IMG/VR virus record: IMGVR_UViG_3300047550_002778
Location: 1 to 64,000 of that record
From: an uncultured virus (IMG/VR IMGVR_UViG_3300047550_002778)
Taxonomy: Duplodnaviria; Heunggongvirae; Uroviricota; Caudoviricetes
Direction: 5' to 3' (one strand)
DNA: 64,000 bases
This document shows, in pieces, positions 58,941-64,000 of the stretch. A program made the translations under genes and the position numbers. Position 1 is the first letter of the stretch. The number at the start of each line of letters is the position of its first letter. The notes beneath the pieces were generated by a model. That model was given only the letters and a program-made list of their open reading frames with translations. It was not told the origin of the DNA and did not search any database.

Positions 58941-60878
58941 TTACCATTTTACTATAGGAATTTGAACTCCTTGACCACCACCTGGGAAATTATGACCTAT
59001 AACATTCGTTCCCATCACAAATCTTTGATTCTCACAATTTAAGTGCATGTATTCTTCTTCTTTATGTAACAAATAACAATCATTTACAGTCAATTGTTCA
59101 CCATTTGTGCCAGTCAATAAATCACCAGCCTTAATATCAGTTACAACTCTCCAAACACCATTTCCAACATACCATTGATGAGATGAATCAACATCAAATG
59201 GATTATTTTCTATAATGGTTCTATAAATTGGAGCTTTTGCTATATAGGCAACTGTTACAACATTCCATTTATCATCCTCAATATCACGTAGATGCATACC
59301 CACTTCAATTTCTCTAGCTGGTATAAATCCTCTTTCAAAAGTTTCCATGAGTTGCCATGCCGCTGGACATCCACCACCGATTTCATCGTCGCCACCTATA
59401 GAAGGAGGTGCAGCAGCAATAAAACATACAGATTTATCTAAAGTGGCAGTAATTTGTCCTTTTTTAAGTGTAACGGTAGGAGTTGTCGCAAATGATGCGG
59501 TAAATGAAGCTTTTGCTGAGAAACTTGAACTTTGATATGATTGATTATAATAAGCCAACCCAAATCCATAATTCACAATCTGAGACTTACCTGGTGCCAA
59601 TGCAAATGTTGATGGAGTAAATGTAGGCAACAGCTGTGCGATACCAGCTGGAGCAGCATATAAAGACAGTCCATTAGCAAGATTTGTCCAATCAGGATTT
59701 AATGTAAACGAAGCAGTTAAAGTATTTGAAGATGGATTTGTGAATATCGCACTACCTGTAAATTTTACTTGATTTGATAATGTTGGAGTATTAGTCAATT
59801 GCGCAGTAACTCCACAACGTTGAGTCACAGCTGTATTTGAAATAGTTATAGAAGGAGCTGTTCCACAACCACTAACAGAACTTGGATCTGAAATTGTTGA
59901 AACAGAAAAAGTTGCACTTCCTTCAGTTGTTTGGGAATCAGGCACTGAATATGTTAAATTAGGCCAACCAGCACAGCCTGTAGCAGAAATATACCCTGAA
60001 AAATATCTACCACTGGGATACGTGTTAGCTATAAATCCTTCGACTGCAAACGTTCTTGTTCCAGCACCCGTGATAGTTACTGGTATAGAACGTGTATAAC
60101 CAGATAATGTATAAGTTTCTGGGGTATTTATTAATGTAGAGACAAAACTACAAATACTATTCAAATCGTTTTTTTGAAATGTTGTGATAGCACTACTAGC
60201 ATTAATAGAAGTTCTAGTGGTATCAATTGCTGTTTGAAAATTTGTAGTATTTGAAGATTGAAACAATGAGGTTGCAGCGGTTGTTGATGTTGATGAACAT
60301 GATCCTGTAAATAAACTTGAAGTAAAAGCATTAGAAACACCGTCTTTTAAAACAAACTTGTAAATATTATTACTTGTGAGATTCGTAATATATTCATCTG
60401 AATCATTTGGTCTTACATACGAATATTGTAATCTGAATGCTGCGCTACCCGGCGGGTTGGGTTTGGAATATAAAGAATATCTATATACTCGGCTGGATGT
60501 TTCTCTTGTTAAAAAATTAGAATTTGGAACTACACTATCTGGATAAAACTGTCCAAACCACACGCCTTGATTAACTCCAGATTCTCGTATAGAAGCACTA
60601 ATATAATTACCACCATAAAATTCACTCATTCTAGCATCTGTTGATGTATTGAGTGTTACTAATCCTATGCCAATACCTAGTGAATCTTTTGTATCTGTCA
60701 CTGGATTTCCCAAGTTTTTAATTAACAATCCAAGTGAAGCTGATAATGAAACATTCTGTGTTGCCGGAGTTCCTACAACGTTATCAATAAGATTATTAAT
60801 GGCACCATAGGCTGTTCCCGTTGTAATTTGAGAAAATGCAATGGGGCCTGTTCTATTTAACCTTGGTATGGCAGACAT
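58941..60878 (-). CDS. Tail-associated Ser/Thr-rich protein with C-terminal Hint (intein-like) domain
   Basis: GGG-CPAAW start, EIEVGMHL, DSSHQW, DIKAGDLL, ending VIGHN. Confidence 0.75.
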   Translation of the reverse strand: MSAIPRLNRTGPIAFSQITTGTAYGAINNLIDNVVGTPATQNVSLSASLGLLIKNLGNPVTDTKDSLGIGIGLVTLNTSTDARMSEFYGGNYISASIRESGVNQGVWFGQFYPDSVVPNSNFLTRETSSRVYRYSLYSKPNPPGSAAFRLQYSYVRPNDSDEYITNLTSNNIYKFVLKDGVSNAFTSSLFTGSCSSTSTTAATSLFQSSNTTNFQTAIDTTRTSINASSAITTFQKNDLNSICSFVSTLINTPETYTLSGYTRSIPVTITGAGTRTFAVEGFIANTYPSGRYFSGYISATGCAGWPNLTYSVPDSQTTEGSATFSVSTISDPSSVSGCGTAPSITISNTAVTQRCGVTAQLTNTPTLSNQVKFTGSAIFTNPSSNTLTASFTLNPDWTNLANGLSLYAAPAGIAQLLPTFTPSTFALAPGKSQIVNYGFGLAYYNQSYQSSSFSAKASFTASFATTPTVTLKKGQITATLDKSVCFIAAAPPSIGGDDEIGGGCPAAWQLMETFERGFIPAREIEVGMHLRDIEDDKWNVVTVAYIAKAPIYRTIIENNPFDVDSSHQWYVGNGVWRVVTDIKAGDLLTGTNGEQLTVNDCYLLHKEEEYMHLNCENQRFVMGTNVIGHNFPGGGQGVQIPIVKW

Positions 60879-60881
60879 AAA

Positions 60882-62225
60882 TTATTTATCTTCCAATGTT
60901 GCAACACGTTCTTGTAAATTTTCTATGAGTAATTGTTGTTCTTGAACAGTTTTAATCAATAACGACACAAAAGAATTGTATTTAACTACTTTATATCCAT
61001 TCATGTCTTCTTTAACAAATTCTGGAAAGACTTCTTCTACTTCTTGGGCTATTAACCCAAAGTCGGCTTGTTCGGTATTATTCCAAACAAATGACACAGG
61101 GTTTAATGTTTTTGTCATGTCAATAGCATCTTCAATTGGTCTAATGTCATCCTTTAATCGAGCATCAGATGAAGCAAATGTAGAGTAAGCTACGATATCA
61201 CCACGAACATCTAATTGACCACTACCACTTACTCTCATCAATTTGGTATATGAACTTCCAGATGTTACCAAGAATACATTTTGGTTTGGATTGTATGTGC
61301 TATAATTAGGTGAATATGAGAACCCTGGCCACCCATAAGATCCAGTCAAATGAACATGTAATTGTGCATTAACATTACTTGATACTGGAAAATGTCCAAC
61401 ACCAACCAAACGTTGTCTTACACCAAAACTTACGAAACCAGTTTTGCCGCTCTTTGCCGAAGTATCAGGTCTCCAAATAGCATCAATTCCAGCACCAGAC
61501 CAAGCACCAGCATCAAAAGATCCAGAATAGAAAATAGCAAAGTTAGCACCAGTTCTTATGTAGTTGTTTGAGTTTTGTAGACCCAAGTCATACATGAAAA
61601 CAGATCCGCCAACAGTCGCTGATGATGAAAACTGTATCAAATGTTGCCCAACTAATCCACTACCAAGAGAACCTTGTGTTCCAACATTCAGTGGTCTCAT
61701 TAGAACAGTTCTACCACTTGTAGAATCCCAACCACCACCAGGACTACTCATGGTGGTTGATCTGCGTATATAACTATTGGCACCGACGGTATCTGTATCT
61801 ACCCAATATGTAGAATAATCTGTAGTTCCTGATCCATTTGGATAACCAGAAACGTATGATGCAGTTTTTGCAGTAACAGCTTTATTGGCCCAGCTAGCTG
61901 TTCCATAAAGACTTCCAGTATGTATGCCTGTAAATTTTCCTTTAAAACTACCTGTATAACTGCCTGAAAAACTACCAGAAAAATCACCAATATAACTACC
62001 GGTTGTAGAACTTAAAAAAGTGAGAAAATCATCAGCGGTAACTTTTCTTGAATACAAGTTGCCCGGCGATGATGTGGATCCACTTTGAATCAATAGAAAA
62101 ATATCATCTGGGTAAATTACATTACCTTTTGGAAAAGCACCTGTTCCACTACTTCTCCCAGTTATACCATAAAGTGAACTTACCTTGATTGTCTGAACGT
62201 TTAAGCTGTTACATGGACTTGACAT
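60882..62225 (-). CDS. Tail fibre protein with C-terminal intramolecular chaperone (peptidase S74)
   Basis: SSDARLKDDI...LNPVSF...GLIAQEVEEVFPEFV...VKYNSFVSLLIKTVQE plus terminal coiled coil. Confidence 0.9.
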   Translation of the reverse strand: MSSPCNSLNVQTIKVSSLYGITGRSSGTGAFPKGNVIYPDDIFLLIQSGSTSSPGNLYSRKVTADDFLTFLSSTTGSYIGDFSGSFSGSYTGSFKGKFTGIHTGSLYGTASWANKAVTAKTASYVSGYPNGSGTTDYSTYWVDTDTVGANSYIRRSTTMSSPGGGWDSTSGRTVLMRPLNVGTQGSLGSGLVGQHLIQFSSSATVGGSVFMYDLGLQNSNNYIRTGANFAIFYSGSFDAGAWSGAGIDAIWRPDTSAKSGKTGFVSFGVRQRLVGVGHFPVSSNVNAQLHVHLTGSYGWPGFSYSPNYSTYNPNQNVFLVTSGSSYTKLMRVSGSGQLDVRGDIVAYSTFASSDARLKDDIRPIEDAIDMTKTLNPVSFVWNNTEQADFGLIAQEVEEVFPEFVKEDMNGYKVVKYNSFVSLLIKTVQEQQLLIENLQERVATLEDK

Positions 62226-62265
62226 ATGTTAATAAATATCGTATTGTTTCTTTTATACTTTAAAT

Positions 62266-64000
62266 TTAGCTACCGTAGTATGGCGATTTACCAACAATAC
62301 CAGTCAATAAACTGTTGTTGACACGGTTCCATGTCCAGAACTTTTCTTGACCCGTGGTTGTGTCATACTCCAAACCATATGATTCCCAGTTAGAATCAGT
62401 CCAGTAATTAGAACCCTGTTGTGGAATTACAATAGTCTTTACATATTGCAATTGTGGATCTCTAGTTGCTGCAGCCTGGGCCCACCATGCTCCAATATCA
62501 TTAGAACTATACGCACTGATATTGAATATATCACACATACCACTGTTGTTATTAATACAATACCATCTACGTTTAACTGGATTATATATGTTGGTTATTG
62601 TATTGTAGTTAATGGTGCCATTTATACTCACCAAATTTGAATTACCCAATACAAGAGAATTATTCAATATATCCAATGCTGTTCCTACTGTAGCATAGGT
62701 ATATGCAGATCCATTCCAGTAAACCTTATACATCGTTATAGCATTAGCCCCATTACCTCCAGCTTGATACGAGTCGGGTAACAAGTAGAAAGTAGGGCGT
62801 GTTGGTGTTCCTGCACCGGTTCCAGGTAAACCAGAAGACGCATCTACATACGCACATTTAAATTGATAAAAATTACCTCCGCCAGTTGAAAATTCTGTGA
62901 TTGTTGGAGTTCCAGAAGTCAAAGCTCCGATTGCATATATGTATGAACTATCGGTGACCACTATATAATCTCCAGTGACACCATTGTTGTCAAATTTATG
63001 AAGTGCCATGTGACCAGCATAAAACTGTCTTGCTGGAGAAAAAGTATTATTTCCGTCAAAAATTTTAGTTACTTCATTTGTAACTTGATTTAGTCTAAAA
63101 AAGTATCCTGTGTTTGTGAAATTGGCTTGACAATAGAAGATGTAATCTCCGTAAGTTATCGCACCAAGTGGATATCTTACTGCAAATGCATTTGCAGTTT
63201 TAGTTCCATAACCAAGTGTAGCATTTAATGTTCCTGCCACGGTCATGTCACCACCAACATAAACGTCACCAGCATTTGAACCAGAAGCACCCACACTGAA
63301 AATTGGAGCGTAACTACTAGAACCATAGTCTACATAAATTGCATACTCAGGCAACTTCACAGTTCCAGTCAAAGCTTGTCCAGTGACTTTACCAACGTGT
63401 GCTTTGCTTGAACTAAAACATCTAACACTAAACTTACCAGGCAACGTTGAATCAGTATCAGCCGATGTTGGTGGTTGAAAACCAATACCAATAGATCCTT
63501 CTCTTGATGGAGTATTTGCTGATAGATATGGCCAGAAATAATATCCAGATCTTCTGCTTACAAGACCATAAGTTTGTTGAGCAGACCCCACTGCGACTCT
63601 GGTAGATGAAGAAAACTCAGCACTACCAATAGGCGCAACAAAGATCAAACTTCCACTAGTAAATGATCCAATTGAATATCCAGAAATATTTGGATAACTT
63701 TTTGAATTATTCAAATTATAGAACGCAATTAAAGATTGATTTTGCCCACCAGATCCTCTAGATGATATTTGTATTCCGTTCAAATATCTTGATGATGATA
63801 TTTCTAATAACTGATAATTGCCCGCACCATTTCCATTTGTAATTCTTCTTAATCCAACGTTTGAAACTACTCTCGATTGTGAGAAAAATGCAATATTGAA
63901 ACTACCACTGCCATTTCCAAGACCAGTTCCGTCAACTTCATCAGTAGTAGAAGATTTTAAAGCATAACTTGCACTAGATACTAAAGTAGGTAGATTCAAA
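62266..64000 (-). CDS. Tail fibre/receptor-binding protein, 5' end probably outside window
   Basis: Frame open to the window edge; SSASYA and GDVYVGGDMTV fibre-like motifs, then a beta-rich C-terminal domain. Confidence 0.65.
   Translation of the reverse strand, partial: LNLPTLVSSASYALKSSTTDEVDGTGLGNGSGSFNIAFFSQSRVVSNVGLRRITNGNGAGNYQLLEISSSRYLNGIQISSRGSGGQNQSLIAFYNLNNSKSYPNISGYSIGSFTSGSLIFVAPIGSAEFSSSTRVAVGSAQQTYGLVSRRSGYYFWPYLSANTPSREGSIGIGFQPPTSADTDSTLPGKFSVRCFSSSKAHVGKVTGQALTGTVKLPEYAIYVDYGSSSYAPIFSVGASGSNAGDVYVGGDMTVAGTLNATLGYGTKTANAFAVRYPLGAITYGDYIFYCQANFTNTGYFFRLNQVTNEVTKIFDGNNTFSPARQFYAGHMALHKFDNNGVTGDYIVVTDSSYIYAIGALTSGTPTITEFSTGGGNFYQFKCAYVDASSGLPGTGAGTPTRPTFYLLPDSYQAGGNGANAITMYKVYWNGSAYTYATVGTALDILNNSLVLGNSNLVSINGTINYNTITNIYNPVKRRWYCINNNSGMCDIFNISAYSSNDIGAWWAQAAATRDPQLQYVKTIVIPQQGSNYWTDSNWESYGLEYDTTTGQEKFWTWNRVNNSLLTGIVGKSPYYGS

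Noticed and set aside
1..64000. Stop-codon reassignment as seen in some large phages
   Set aside because: Core genes are full length and densely packed under code 11; TGA serves as a stop in many ATGA overlaps.
1..64000. tRNA genes, introns, homing endonucleases, integrase or transposase
   Set aside because: Intergenic gaps are short and explained by promoters or terminators; no such motifs recognised; terminase, portal and capsid genes are uninterrupted.

Overview
A 64-kb segment of a large, AT-rich, T4-like (myovirus) bacteriophage genome, read in standard code 11 and almost entirely on the minus strand. It carries the virion morphogenesis region: neck proteins, major capsid, scaffold, prohead protease, portal, large terminase, a 1323-aa tail sheath, baseplate/hub proteins and tail fibres. 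Interleaved with these are a fused Mre11-Rad50 (SbcD-SbcC) nuclease, primase, RuvC-like resolvase, a gp55-like late sigma factor, Hsp20 and a Mom-like DNA-modifying enzyme. The most striking feature is a candidate virion-glycosylation system (31662-39976). Five translationally coupled glycosyltransferases (GT60-like GlcNAc transferase, GT4-like, GT-A, GT25, GT11) lie directly downstream of two proteins with ~155-160-residue mucin-like Pro-Thr stalks, and the cassette sits between what look like the two halves of a split structural gene. Other patterns read from the sequence: a TATTTAT(A/T) box usually 3-6 nt before start codons (leaderless late transcription), a shared N-terminal MIKLxxL(L)xE peptide resembling a capsid-targeting signal, a pervasive [ST]-[GAS]-S motif in structural proteins, a C-terminal Hint domain on a tail protein and a unimolecular-spanin-like lipoprotein. 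All functional calls come from motif recognition by eye; no searches were run.
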